Assembly: GCA_965215265.1 (NCBI GenBank)
Contig: OZ244048.1
Span: 4,288,001 to 4,352,000, forward strand
From: Candidatus Poribacteria bacterium
GTDB taxonomy: Bacteria > Poribacteria > WGA-4E > WGA-3G
Reading direction: 5' to 3'
DNA length: 64,000 nt
Positions 53,035 through 63,628 of the stretch are shown here, one piece after another. Position 1 is the stretch's first letter. Each line of letters opens with the position of its first letter. The position numbers were made by a program, and so were the translations under genes. The notes below the pieces were generated by a model. The model saw only the letters and a list, made by a program, of their open reading frames with translations. It did not search any database and was not told the DNA's origin.

Positions 53035-54912
53035 CTAAAAATCTGAAGAACGAAGTCTTTCAAGAGTGGTTTTCAATTTCGGAATCAAGGGGGCATCGAG
53101 CAAAAAAACGACATGAGGTTCATGCCCAAGGCGCGCGTAGAACCGTGCTGATGTGTTTATTTCTGAACTGGCATCGTCAGACGTTGTTTTCAACGGTGCT
53201 TCCGTGCTGCCAATTTGCAGCGTATAGGTTTGCTGATTCCTTAATCCAACGGTAATCTGTATCTGTGGTGAATTGAAACCGGTTGTCGCAGCATCCGGGA
53301 CAACCGGTAAAAATTCCTCAACTTTCAAATCATCAAGTTCATAGATAATGGCGTTTACTTCGGCATTGTTCGCGTCTGCACGCACAGGCGAGATGAGCCG
53401 CCAATTGGTAGCGAGACGTTGGCATATCAACGAAACATCCTCATATTTTAACTCAAGCCGATTCACATCGTCAATACTGAAGTCGAGAATCTGTTTATTC
53501 CGTAACCATGCAACACCTGTTGCGATTTTGTCTATGAGTGCACGGTTGACAAGGGAAATTTGGACTGTATCGTGCGATTTGACATAGACAGTCTCGCCTT
53601 GGTATCTACCGATAAGTAGCACTGCAGAAGCTTCTTCACCGCGTTGTGTGAAGGAAACCCGTATGCGTGGCGTATCTAAGCCGTATGATGCCAAATTTTT
53701 AACAGGATTGTCGAAAAATTCAACCGCTTTAAGAGAATCTACTCCAAAAAGCAGTTCATCAACGGCGGTTGCATCTGCCTTTATTTGGCTAGACGAATTT
53801 CCGGGTTCCCTCGTTAATAGCCATGTGTCATCATAGTTTTTGACAGAGACAATTTTTTCCATTCCATGTGCCGTAGTTGTACTTTGTAATTGAATCTCAA
53901 ATCGAATTGTGTCAGTGCGTTGAAAGTCTAGGATGCGCTTGTCACGCAAGTCAAAAGCAGTTTTATTGAGTTGCGCGTAGATGTTATCAACAACGGTATA
54001 TACCGAATTTTGATGGATAGGTTTTACATACCGCAGCTGATTTTTATTTCCGGGAACGGGTGAACCGATCTGGAGCCCGAACGTGCCCTCTCTGGCTTTG
54101 AGTATAACCGATAATTGAGGCGGCTGCAACCCATATTTTTCTTTAAGGGTGTATTTCCAATTCTGTCCGTTTATAGTATCATCAGCCTCAAACGTCGAGA
54201 TCTGAAGTGAACTGAGGGCAGAGAAAATTGTCTCAATCTCTTGTATATCTGCTTTTGCAGAAAATGGATGTGTCATTGTCCAAGTATTTCCCGTTTTTTC
54301 ACACCGGAGCGCTTCTGCATTATCATTGACTACCCTTAGTTCCGAAACTGCCTTCGGATTAAATTTCACGGCGGTTTTATCACGGAGATCGGCCGGTGCC
54401 TTCGTCAGATCATCAAGTGCACTAGATTCAATTAGGAAGATGTGAGATTCGGATTTTTCTTTGCAATAGACAGAAAAGTTAATCGCCTTTTTCCCAATGA
54501 GGAAGGTTTTGGGCGAAACTGTCAAGTCTGTCCAGAGGGAAGCTGTGATATTGGGTATATCCAGACCATACTGTTCGAGTTCCTTAACTTCAAGGGTTTG
54601 CTTGATGCGTTTGTTGAGGAAGTTATCCAGCAGCTCGTTAACTTTTTGGTCATCTGCGTCAGCAGGAACGGGTTGGGTCAATTGCCATGCTCCTTCTGTA
54701 TTTTTTGTTAATGTTAACGGCTGATAGGAAGCCTCATCTGCAAATGAGAGACGAATCTGCTGAACGTTTTGCTGCGGTAAGCTGTATACCTGATGAAGTC
54801 GAAGTTTTTCGTCTTCGGCTGCCTTATCCTCTTGTTGCTGAAAAAAAAGGAAATAGGCACCGGCGACGGCGGCTAACAGCACGATAATGATAAACGTAGT
54901 GCGGAAGTTCAT
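53035..54912 (-). CDS. DUF4340 domain protein
   Basis: N-terminal TM; repeated W.L..P....AD, YGL..P and DLRDK units. Confidence 0.85.
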   Translation of the reverse strand: MNFRTTFIIIVLLAAVAGAYFLFFQQQEDKAAEDEKLRLHQVYSLPQQNVQQIRLSFADEASYQPLTLTKNTEGAWQLTQPVPADADDQKVNELLDNFLNKRIKQTLEVKELEQYGLDIPNITASLWTDLTVSPKTFLIGKKAINFSVYCKEKSESHIFLIESSALDDLTKAPADLRDKTAVKFNPKAVSELRVVNDNAEALRCEKTGNTWTMTHPFSAKADIQEIETIFSALSSLQISTFEADDTINGQNWKYTLKEKYGLQPPQLSVILKAREGTFGLQIGSPVPGNKNQLRYVKPIHQNSVYTVVDNIYAQLNKTAFDLRDKRILDFQRTDTIRFEIQLQSTTTAHGMEKIVSVKNYDDTWLLTREPGNSSSQIKADATAVDELLFGVDSLKAVEFFDNPVKNLASYGLDTPRIRVSFTQRGEEASAVLLIGRYQGETVYVKSHDTVQISLVNRALIDKIATGVAWLRNKQILDFSIDDVNRLELKYEDVSLICQRLATNWRLISPVRADANNAEVNAIIYELDDLKVEEFLPVVPDAATTGFNSPQIQITVGLRNQQTYTLQIGSTEAPLKTTSDDASSEINTSARFYARLGHEPHVVFLLDAPLIPKLKTTLERLRSSDF

Positions 54913-54939
54913 TTTTTTAGTATAGTGCAGCGCGTCAAC

Positions 54940-55112
54940 TTTTTCGTCTATTGGAGCCCTATCAAGGCGTAGCTATTGCTAAATCCTGTGTACATCTCGG
55001 CTGAGCCTTTTGATGTTTTGATTTTTAGAGACATTCCCTAAGTCATCTCCGACGAGATTTACACACGAGTTATCATTACATAGACGTTGATGGTACGGAG
55101 ATATACGAAAAA
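54940..55112. repeat. Family A element (41-bp core)
   Basis: Inverted near-identical copy of ~52807-52979. Confidence 0.85.
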
Positions 55113-55252
55113 CCTTTGTGGTGCCGCAGTATACGAAAGCCTCCATTTGTCTACCGATTCGGTTAGGTAAGTTTGGGCAATATTTCTCTGAGCGTTATGC
55201 TTCAAAGACTACTGGACTTATAGTTCTGTTTATATTTTGGTTTGCAAATGGC

Positions 55253-56908
55253 TCAGCTGCGGCGTTGCCACCAAACAACAAGTCCTGCAATAAATATGAT
55301 TAAGGGAATCAAAAATACCGCGAGTATCTGCACCAAAACGGCCTCTTGTGCCAGCATTGGGCGGAGTGCCAGTTTTTGAAAATCAATTGGACTGATAGCA
55401 ATGAGGTCTTCCTCTAATGTAAGCCAATTGATGACTGCTAGGAACAGAGTGTGGTTTTCAGGTCTTAGAATGCCGATTTGAGGGTAATTTGAAGCAAAGT
55501 CTGAGTCTCCAAAGACAACGATTCGCGGAAGACGATCTTTACCCCAATTCGGATGCCAATCTTTTTGCTCAGCCCCCCCCGCTTTTTTCTCTTCAACGGC
55601 GGCTGCAATCGACACCGGCGGGGGCGTATCGATGCCGGGGTTGTAAGATGGATTTGTGACGACGTTTCTATCAAATTCGGCTTCACCCCAACTGACTCCT
55701 GTTTCTCCAACTGTTTTTGCCAAGGATTTAACACTGAGCCTTACTGGAATGTCTTCGATAGGCGTAACAGAACGTGTACCGCGAAACGGAATCAGTGTGC
55801 CTTGGAGCGCTCGTGTAATTTCATGTTGTTCAAAGTCGGGCAAGATCATAGTAGCACCATAGATGGAAAGGCGGGCCTGGTCTATCACCAAGTCATTTCC
55901 TACCTCAATGCCCCACTTCTGCATGAATTGAATGAGTTCTCTATTTGATGATGTTGCTGGTTCAAAAAGCAAAAGTAATTTTCCATCTCGGGCGAGGTAT
56001 TCAGTGAGCAGGTTTATTTCAACTTGCGTTAAAGCGGTTTTTGGTGCTGCAATGACAAGTACCGCGCAATCTGCAGGGATGCTCGGCTGCAAAAGTGAAG
56101 AGAAGGATAAAACAGCATAATTCTGATTTTCTAACGCCTCTTTCGCGCCACTATACCCTAACGGTGTGAGGTCGTCAATACTCCGTTCTTCATGGCCAGT
56201 GAGGAAATAGATTTTTTTCGTTTCATTCCGGATGAGTTTAAGCAGCGCATTTGTGAATTTCTGTTCGTCTACGGAGGTTACCTTTTCAATTCGGTTCGTT
56301 CCAATGTTTGTTTTTGCAGGTATAGAGGCATTGTTGACAGTTTGCAGGGTTGCAACACTTTCAAAAACGATTGTTCCGTCTCTAACATCATATTTATCAG
56401 CAAGTAGGTTGTCAATATAGGGATTTACAAACGAAACGGTTAGGAATTCGTTCTCGCGTTCATAGAGTGTCAACATGTCTTTGGCGCGTTCAAATTCGAG
56501 TGGACTGTTGGCACTGCCAGTGAAAAATGCTGTTGCATGAATAGGACTGTTGAGAGATTTAAGGACGTTTTTCGTCTGTTCTGACAGCGTATGAAGTTGA
56601 TGCTGGGTTAAATCTTTCCTTTTATCAAACCTTTGTGCGACAATCACATTGATGAAAATGGCGATACCGATAACACCGATGATACTTATCGCGACATTTG
56701 CACCGTAGCGTGCTTGGCGACTGACAAAGAAGCTAGCAAACTCGTTAAATCGTAAGCGTGCAAAAATCGCTAGGGCAGTTAGACAAATGAGAAGGCAGAG
56801 CCAAGCAGCAAGCGTCGCACCGAGTAAAAAACTCGCAATCGCAGTGAAACCGAAAATTAAAGCGATAAGCCCAAGGAGCGGGCCTGCCATGTTCTTACTT
56901 TTTGGCAT
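55253..56908 (-). CDS. GldG-like ABC transporter auxiliary component
   Basis: DLT....TLSEQT, IYFLTGHEER, GKLLLL, VVFGDSDF, NWL; C-terminal TM with WWQRR. Confidence 0.85.
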   Translation of the reverse strand: MPKSKNMAGPLLGLIALIFGFTAIASFLLGATLAAWLCLLICLTALAIFARLRFNEFASFFVSRQARYGANVAISIIGVIGIAIFINVIVAQRFDKRKDLTQHQLHTLSEQTKNVLKSLNSPIHATAFFTGSANSPLEFERAKDMLTLYERENEFLTVSFVNPYIDNLLADKYDVRDGTIVFESVATLQTVNNASIPAKTNIGTNRIEKVTSVDEQKFTNALLKLIRNETKKIYFLTGHEERSIDDLTPLGYSGAKEALENQNYAVLSFSSLLQPSIPADCAVLVIAAPKTALTQVEINLLTEYLARDGKLLLLFEPATSSNRELIQFMQKWGIEVGNDLVIDQARLSIYGATMILPDFEQHEITRALQGTLIPFRGTRSVTPIEDIPVRLSVKSLAKTVGETGVSWGEAEFDRNVVTNPSYNPGIDTPPPVSIAAAVEEKKAGGAEQKDWHPNWGKDRLPRIVVFGDSDFASNYPQIGILRPENHTLFLAVINWLTLEEDLIAISPIDFQKLALRPMLAQEAVLVQILAVFLIPLIIFIAGLVVWWQRRS

Positions 56909-56953
56909 CTTTCTATATCTCTGGACCATCATCGCGTTTGTTTTGATGGCTCG

Positions 56954-57148
56954 TTTTTTCGTATATCTCCGTACCATAAACGCTTATGCTTTGATAGCTC
57001 GTGTGTAAATCTTGGCAGGTTCGGTATTCTTTGTCTGTCCATGAGACAAGATAACCTTTTACCTGCCACCCACTGGGCAAGGTGAATTCCCTTTGCACAG
57101 GATTTAACATAGCAGCAACTGGCATCGGGCTCCTGTAGACAAAAAAAA
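56954..57148. repeat. Composite family A element with a nested family B hairpin
   Basis: Near-identical in arms and nested hairpin to 63369-63628. Confidence 0.85.
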
Positions 57149-57167
57149 TCATTCACTATTTGTTCAA

Positions 57168-57893
57168 TTAACGCCATTTAGATGATTCAATTGACTTAAA
57201 AGTTGCGAATAGGCAAACGCTTGTAAAACTGCCATAGTAGACAACATCTTTGAGAACGATAACACCGCGTGCAAAATCGTAATAGTGCTCCGGCAAAGAT
57301 AGATAACTTAAGAATTTTCCGATGGCACCGGCGTGGGTTGAGAGGGCACCGATGACCCACAGCGTTATAAGCAGTCCGAAACTAGTTAGTGCCGCAACGA
57401 GTTGATTTTTGCTCATGGATGACATTAACACGCCTAACGCTAGAAAGGCAGAACCGATCAGGAGCAGACCTAAGTATCCACTGAGGAGTGTGCCGATATC
57501 CATGGGACCGAAACGGCGGGCAAGAAACGGAAAGAACAACGTCAATATAATCATTATGAGCAGCAGCGTCCAACTCGCTAGGAATTTTCCCAAGACGACT
57601 TGTCCATCGGTAATAGGTGAGGTTAGGAGAAGTTCAATTGTGCCAGATTTCCGCTCTTCGGCGAACAGTTTCATCGTTAAGACCGGTGTAAAAAAGAGTA
57701 GAATGACTGCCATATTTCCGAAGAGGGTATTCATAACAGCTATTCCGGAGCCGCCGTTTGTTGCTGCGGAGAGTAGGGCGATAGAAAATAGGAACCCTGA
57801 AATTGCTGTGAAGACAAAGCAGACAAAATAGGCGATAGGTGAAACAAAATAGGTATAGAGCTCTTTTGCACAAACAGCAATAATGTTTTTCAT
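57168..57893 (-). CDS. GldF-like ABC permease
   Basis: KEL..YF.SP.AY, TMKLFAEERKSGTIELLLTSP, VLGKFLA. Confidence 0.9.
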   Translation of the reverse strand: MKNIIAVCAKELYTYFVSPIAYFVCFVFTAISGFLFSIALLSAATNGGSGIAVMNTLFGNMAVILLFFTPVLTMKLFAEERKSGTIELLLTSPITDGQVVLGKFLASWTLLLIMIILTLFFPFLARRFGPMDIGTLLSGYLGLLLIGSAFLALGVLMSSMSKNQLVAALTSFGLLITLWVIGALSTHAGAIGKFLSYLSLPEHYYDFARGVIVLKDVVYYGSFTSVCLFATFKSIESSKWR

Positions 57894-57902
57894 TTTTTTA
57901 GT

Positions 57903-58063
57903 TTTTTGTATGCAGGTGCCCGATGCCAGTTGCTGCAATGTTAAATCTTGTGTACATCTCGTCGGAGCCGCTTTATGTTTAGAATCGTAGCATAAGAAGC
58001 TCTGAGGAGATGTACATCGGAGTTAACAAAACATAAACATGATGGGGTTCCTGTAGACAAAAA
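57903..58063. repeat. Family A element
   Basis: TTTTTGTATG...ACATCTCGTCGGAG-core-CTCTGAGGAGATGTAC...GTAGACAAAAA. Confidence 0.8.
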
Positions 58064-58067
58064 ATCA

Positions 58068-58775
58068 TTATGCAAACTGCCTTTGGACTTTTCCGACAAA
58101 GAAAGGTCCGAGGGATTCAATGTATTTCGTTGTCTGTTCCGTCTGGCGCATGTCTTGGATAAGGCGTGACAGTGGATATAATTCTGGTCCGACTAACCCG
58201 ATAACGAATTCATTATCGTTGGTATCTAAGCCGAAGCATGCCAAGCGGATGTCACTGGCATATCCACCTGCGGCGTAATTGCGTCCGAGCATGGCGTGTT
58301 CGGCTAAAATTCGTCCGCGCTCACGTGGATCTAGGCGATAGAATTCAGGTTTGCGCCGCAACGGGTACCAAATCGCCCATGGAAATTGTGGGTTTAGAGC
58401 ATTTTGCCGCGGTTTGTTGATGAGCCACTGCTCCAGGTCCGGTTCTCGCCCGGTTGCATAGGTTCTGCCAATCATCGTCATTTCTGGACGATATGAAAGT
58501 GCTAAGAAGTTTGTGGATGCTAAAATCTCACGCACCTTTTTTAAGAGTTTTGTCGGCTCTTCTGCAATAAAGAGGATGCCGATCCCGGTTGGATGGTTCA
58601 AATCTTCGTATAAAACGGCGTTCAAACCGCTTGCCTCAAGTGGTTTAACGACATTCTCTGGTTTTGGACAGTCTTCAAAGACATGGAGTTGGAAAAACAG
58701 TCGCCGGTCAATAACCTGTGGTTTCCCGTCAATTGGGGTGCCGGCTTCTCGAATGTCCAGCGGTTCTGGCCTCAT
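58068..58775 (-). CDS. Chlorite dismutase/coproheme decarboxylase family heme protein
   Basis: WYPLRRK..FY.L...ER..IL.EH...G, FGLD..DNEFV, MR.TEQT..Y...GPFFVG. Confidence 0.8.
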   Translation of the reverse strand: MRPEPLDIREAGTPIDGKPQVIDRRLFFQLHVFEDCPKPENVVKPLEASGLNAVLYEDLNHPTGIGILFIAEEPTKLLKKVREILASTNFLALSYRPEMTMIGRTYATGREPDLEQWLINKPRQNALNPQFPWAIWYPLRRKPEFYRLDPRERGRILAEHAMLGRNYAAGGYASDIRLACFGLDTNDNEFVIGLVGPELYPLSRLIQDMRQTEQTTKYIESLGPFFVGKVQRQFA

Positions 58776-58899
58776 AGTTCTTTCTTTTTCAGTATGCATC
58801 TTTTTTGTGTTGCAAGTGGAATTCGCCTTTACAATCGGGTTCAGAAGGTTGAAACAGATGGCAACCCACTGGGAATACCTTATGCCTGCCACCACAGGT

Positions 58900-60462
58900 C
58901 TAATCTTTGTGTGTATAAGAGTCGCGAATCCACTCTTCTAACACCGTGTCGGGATTTTCGACGACTGTTTTTGGAAAATTAAAAGTTGATTGCCCAGTAT
59001 TCTGCTTAATGAGATTCAAGCCGTGCTGATAACTCTCTAGAATTTCATCACAAACTTTCTGGACATCTTGTTCTTGTGCAATTGCACGTTCGTAAATAAG
59101 TGCGGTTGCTTCGTCATCAAACCGGATCTGTAAGTTATGCTCACTGTAGAACTGTGCTTCGTAACGACGTACATGTTCTCGCATGAGGGTTTTTCGGTTA
59201 TAGTCTGTGTCTCCAATTATCCGCTTGAGTTCGGCCGCGGGTTTATCAACGACGGTATCGGTGACAACAAATTCCGTGACTCCGGTGGAGGGTAGTTCAA
59301 ATTTGTAGTCCCGCAAAACCTTCTCACAGACAGTCATTAACGCGCGTGCCCCAGTTTTCTGTTCGATGGCTTTTTCGGCAATGTGGTGCAATCCGTTATC
59401 TGCGAAAAGGACGTTGATACCATAAGCGCGGAAGGCGTTTTCATACTGCCGAATAATAGAGCCTTCGGCGTGTTTCAAAATATGAAAAAGGTCATCGACT
59501 GCGAGCTCGCGACACACAACATGTACGGGGACTCTTCCGATAAATTCAGGTTCGAACCCGTAGTCAATGAAATCCTTCGGTGTTACGTCATCCAAATAAC
59601 GGGCTGCATCATCAGCTTGGCTTACGACGTTTGCATTGAATCCGATTCTACTCTCATGCATCCGTTTCTTGATAATTTTCTCCATGCCGGTGAATGCTCC
59701 GCTGATAATAAACAGAATGTGGCGTGTATTAATAACCTCTTTTTCCACTTTCCCTCGTTTCTGAAATTCCATTGCTGCCTGCATTTGAGAGGCGACATCG
59801 TTGCCACTATGCAAATCAACTTCAGTTTCTTCCATCAATTTCAGCAGACCAATCTGCACGCCGCGGCCGCTTACGTCACGGCCAATAATGTTGGGCGGTG
59901 TTGCGATTTTATCTGCCTCATCCAGGTAGATAATCCCGTATTGTGCCAATTCGAGGTTATCCTCGGCTTGTGCGACGAGTTCTCGAATTAAGTCGTCTAC
60001 GTTTGCCCCGACGTACCCCGTTTCACTGAATCGGGTTGCATCCGCTTTAACAAAGGGGACGCCGATGAGCTTCGCGATGTGGCGTATGAGGTAGGTTTTA
60101 CCAACTCCTGTTGGACCGAGCATGACAATGTTCTGTTTAGAGTAGTCAGCATCGGCGGCTTCCGGATTCTCGTGACACTCCCTGACATGGTTGTAGTGGT
60201 CACATACGGCAATGGCGAGTGCCTTTTTCGCTTCATCCTGTTTGATCACGTACCGGTCCAAGTACTTCTTAATCTCCTTCGGCTTAAGGTCGAATTTCAG
60301 ATCGAAGTTTTTTTTCGGTGAGGGAATGTCTTCTTCTGGTGGTTCAGGTGTAGTTTGTGTTGCGGTTGCATTAATCAAGCGGACGCTGCCCCCGTATTTC
60401 TGATTCACGAAGTCTTGGAATTCTTTTTCAATCTCTTCTGGGGTTGGTATTTTGTTGCTCAT
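58900..60462 (-). CDS. clpX: ClpX-like AAA+ ATPase
   Basis: YVI.QD.AKKAL, GPTGVGKT, ADAT.FSE.GYVG, YLDEADKI, RDVSG.GVQ, PEFIGR, TGARAL; no N-terminal Zn finger. Confidence 0.85.
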   Translation of the reverse strand: MSNKIPTPEEIEKEFQDFVNQKYGGSVRLINATATQTTPEPPEEDIPSPKKNFDLKFDLKPKEIKKYLDRYVIKQDEAKKALAIAVCDHYNHVRECHENPEAADADYSKQNIVMLGPTGVGKTYLIRHIAKLIGVPFVKADATRFSETGYVGANVDDLIRELVAQAEDNLELAQYGIIYLDEADKIATPPNIIGRDVSGRGVQIGLLKLMEETEVDLHSGNDVASQMQAAMEFQKRGKVEKEVINTRHILFIISGAFTGMEKIIKKRMHESRIGFNANVVSQADDAARYLDDVTPKDFIDYGFEPEFIGRVPVHVVCRELAVDDLFHILKHAEGSIIRQYENAFRAYGINVLFADNGLHHIAEKAIEQKTGARALMTVCEKVLRDYKFELPSTGVTEFVVTDTVVDKPAAELKRIIGDTDYNRKTLMREHVRRYEAQFYSEHNLQIRFDDEATALIYERAIAQEQDVQKVCDEILESYQHGLNLIKQNTGQSTFNFPKTVVENPDTVLEEWIRDSYTHKD

Positions 60463-60474
60463 CCATCCATCCTA

Positions 60475-60630
60475 TTTTTAGTATATCTCCGTACCATCAA
60501 GGGTTAGGTTTTGTAAAGTCCTGTGTAAATCTCGTCGGAGGCACCTTAGGCATAGCATAAGATGGCTCCGAGGAGATTTGTGAAGGTTTTAATATAGCAG
60601 CAGCCTTTATGGGGCTGCAGCAGACGAAAA
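60475..60630. repeat. Family A element (25-bp core) overlapping a stop codon
   Basis: TTTTAGTATATCTCCGTACC...AAATCTCGTCGGAG...CTCCGAGGAGATTTG...GCAGACGAAAA. Confidence 0.8.
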
Positions 60631-61644
60631 TTCACTGCGAACGATTTCAGTACCAGTTACCATGGCTTTCAGTTTTGCGGCAGCTGCCCAACGTGCTGTT
60701 TGGCTAAATCCACAGTCGGGCGTAATAGCGAGTTTCTCAGGTCGTACGTGGTTTAGTGCTTTGCGGAGCAGTGCTGCGACATCTTCTGGTGTTTCTATGT
60801 AATAGTTTTTGACATCGATAAGTCCCGCGGCGAGTTCCTTATCATTGGGGAAATCGCTCCAGAGCTCAATTTCTGCCATTTCTCGGTTTGCAAATTCGAG
60901 GGCGAGCTGATCGAAATTGGCATCAAGGATATGGGGAAATAGTGGACGATACGAGCGCTTTCCGACTGCCCTACCTCGATAATTGCCGAAACAGATATGC
61001 AGTCCAATTTTAGCGGAAACGCCTTTAAGGGTGTGGTTAAACAGTTTCACGAACTCTTGGGGCCGGTCAGGATAAACGGCGTAAGAAGGTTCGTCTAATT
61101 GGATGAATTCTGCCCCTACTGCCACAAGGTTTCTGAGTTCAGCATTAATAATATTGGCGCATGCGTAAGCCACCTCCAGACGTTCTTTGTAGATGCCACC
61201 AGTCTGAATCCTTCCGGAGAGGGTAAAAGGGCCAGGGCATGTCACTTTGATGGGTTTAGTCGCTTCGGTTTTCGCGAATTCAAATTCGGAAAGAATACCC
61301 AATCCATCGGGTGCGGCAAGTGGGACGGTAGGGTTCCATTTACCGCGCTGATCGTGTCCGTCCGGACCTTGTGTTCTGGGGGCTGGCAGCGGCTCTAAGC
61401 CGATGAGGCGTTCATAGAACCCAAGCACGAAATCTTGCCGGCGCATTTCGCCTTCTGTAATAACGTCGATGCCCGCACGTTCTTGATCCGTGATTGCAAT
61501 GCGTACTGCATCGTTGAAGGTTTCGTCAATATCTGTTTCGCCGAGTTCACCGCGGCCGATTGCTTCCAATGTTACACAAAGCCAACTGGGTGGAGCGTAA
61601 CTACCAATCGTACTCGTGGGTATTAAAATATCCTTGTCTTTCAT
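60607..61644 (-). CDS. Cobalamin-independent methionine synthase II family protein
   Basis: IGSY, TEGEMRR, GPFTL, IQLDEP, HICFGN, LEFA, PDCGF. Confidence 0.85.
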   Translation of the reverse strand: MKDKDILIPTSTIGSYAPPSWLCVTLEAIGRGELGETDIDETFNDAVRIAITDQERAGIDVITEGEMRRQDFVLGFYERLIGLEPLPAPRTQGPDGHDQRGKWNPTVPLAAPDGLGILSEFEFAKTEATKPIKVTCPGPFTLSGRIQTGGIYKERLEVAYACANIINAELRNLVAVGAEFIQLDEPSYAVYPDRPQEFVKLFNHTLKGVSAKIGLHICFGNYRGRAVGKRSYRPLFPHILDANFDQLALEFANREMAEIELWSDFPNDKELAAGLIDVKNYYIETPEDVAALLRKALNHVRPEKLAITPDCGFSQTARWAAAAKLKAMVTGTEIVRSEFSSAAAP

Positions 61645-61807
61645 AAGCCTTCTTTTAGTATATTTCAGCACATCAACGGAGATATACAAAATCTATTTTT
61701 CGCGTGCTTGCAATCTTCAGGTGTAGCCGTATCGTATATGCGTTTGGCTACTCTTGACGGGTAAGGTATTGACCTCAGGTCAATACCTTTTCCCGTCAAT
61801 CTACGAT

Positions 61808-63361
61808 CTAACTTTTGATATTTGCATAAAAGAACGGGGGCATTGTCAGCGCTACTACATCGTCTACACCGGCGGAGATTTCGCGTGCGATAGCTAACGC
61901 ATCGTCAAGATTTTTCGCCCAGTCGACACCTAATCTTTGTGCGACACGGGGCTCCTTCGGCCCCACCAAAATAATCTTTGACAGATATTTGAGTGGGTAG
62001 GTTGCCCAATACCAGACGGTGAAGGGATGGAATCCGTGGTGTGCAAAACGGTTCCGATAGCAATCGATTAAGTATTCGTCAGTGGCATATTTTTCCTGAA
62101 ATTTCTGCTGCATCTCAAAGGGTTCGGTTGTTTCGCTTAGGACTTCCTCATAAAACTGCTTGTAGGCAACGTGATATTCTTCATGAAATACTTCATAAGT
62201 GGGGTTCATGATAATGACGGTGCCACCCCTTTTGATAAGTGGTTTGTTATAGAACCAGTTGAAAACGTAGCCTAAAATATCGCTCACGACAAGCACAGGA
62301 TTAATTCGGGCATCAACGGCGTAAGGGCTCATATCAGGCAGTCCGAAAACAAGTGTACTAAACTGGCGTGGAATGTCTATTGCAAGTTGTTCTTTCATTA
62401 ACGCCAAGGTATTTGGATGAACTTCGTCAATGTCCCCTGCGTTTAGCTGCATCGGTTCATAATCTGTCTGTACACTTTTGAGGATTTGATAGCGCAATGC
62501 TTCGGGTAAAAGGGCTAAGGTTGCCGGGGTGAAGGCTTTCAGTAACCGCTCAGCGAAGTTGCACTGACTGTTCGGTTTGCCGACGTATCGGAGATGAAAA
62601 GGATAGAGTGCGCCGTTCATTGCTGCTTCAAGGACAAAGATTGGTGTCTCTTTCTGGATGAGGCGGCTCATCCTCTCTATACAAGCGTGCATGTGTGAGC
62701 CGTCAGGTTGCATCACGTGCGGGCTATCCGCGGTCATCTGCGGGGAGTGATGTGGGGCGATGGATTTGTAAGTACCGAGCCCGACGGCGACGGATTTGTG
62801 GCCCCCGTTGAGCGGAATTTGAATCATATCGACATAGATGGCTAGATCGCTTTCCAGAACGGCTTTATCCGTTTCGACGATTTCGTCTTCTTCGGTTTCC
62901 CCCACTTGGACTATGTGTTCAACATCTTCAGCATCAAAGTTTCGGAGTTGTTGCGGATAGAACTCGTCCATAATGTTTTTGCCGAGCATGTCAGCCAATT
63001 CGTGTTGCTTCATCTTGCGGTGCAGGGCAACAGCACACATCAGTTGGATGTTCTTTTTTTCAACCCCATAGGCGTACAACATTTTAAGGAGTGTCTCAAT
63101 CATAATTTGACGCATGTCAGGTTTCTTCGTTGCTGGGAACGGTTGACAGTTATCGTCAAATAGGATGAGTACCTTTGAATTGCCGTTCACGAGTGCGCGC
63201 AATGGTGGCATCCCGAGTGGGTTTTCAAAGGCACGCTGTGTGTGTTCACTCAGCGCGGCACGCTTAATGCCGGGCATTGGAGGTTTGGCGTAATATACTT
63301 CCGACGAGTCGGGCAACTTCGCGTTGACAAGATGGTTTCCGAAATAGGTGAAGTATTTCAT
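61808..63361 (-). CDS. Lactate racemase (LarA/DUF2088) domain protein
   Basis: A.ENPLG.PPL..L, FDD...P, A.ALHRKM...EL, NFDAED, GGHKS. Confidence 0.75.
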   Translation of the reverse strand: MKYFTYFGNHLVNAKLPDSSEVYYAKPPMPGIKRAALSEHTQRAFENPLGMPPLRALVNGNSKVLILFDDNCQPFPATKKPDMRQIMIETLLKMLYAYGVEKKNIQLMCAVALHRKMKQHELADMLGKNIMDEFYPQQLRNFDAEDVEHIVQVGETEEDEIVETDKAVLESDLAIYVDMIQIPLNGGHKSVAVGLGTYKSIAPHHSPQMTADSPHVMQPDGSHMHACIERMSRLIQKETPIFVLEAAMNGALYPFHLRYVGKPNSQCNFAERLLKAFTPATLALLPEALRYQILKSVQTDYEPMQLNAGDIDEVHPNTLALMKEQLAIDIPRQFSTLVFGLPDMSPYAVDARINPVLVVSDILGYVFNWFYNKPLIKRGGTVIIMNPTYEVFHEEYHVAYKQFYEEVLSETTEPFEMQQKFQEKYATDEYLIDCYRNRFAHHGFHPFTVWYWATYPLKYLSKIILVGPKEPRVAQRLGVDWAKNLDDALAIAREISAGVDDVVALTMPPFFYANIKS

Positions 63362-63368
63362 TCAGCGA

Positions 63369-63628
63369 TTTAGTATATCTCCGTACCATAAACGCTTATG
63401 CTTTGATAGCTCGTGTGTAAATCTCGCCGGAGGTTTCCGATGTTTAGATTCATAGCATCAAAAGTCTCCTACGAGAAAGGAATTGTCCCTGCAAGTGGCA
63501 GGATAGGTATCTTTGTCTGTCCATGAGACAAGATAACCTTTTACCTGCCACCCACTGGGCAGGGTGAATTCCCTTTGCACAGGATTTAACATAGCAGCAA
63601 CTGGCATCGGACTCCTGTAGACAAAAAA
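63369..63628. repeat. Composite family A element with a nested family B hairpin
   Basis: Arm, 33-bp core, then family B sequence inside the second arm. Confidence 0.85.
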
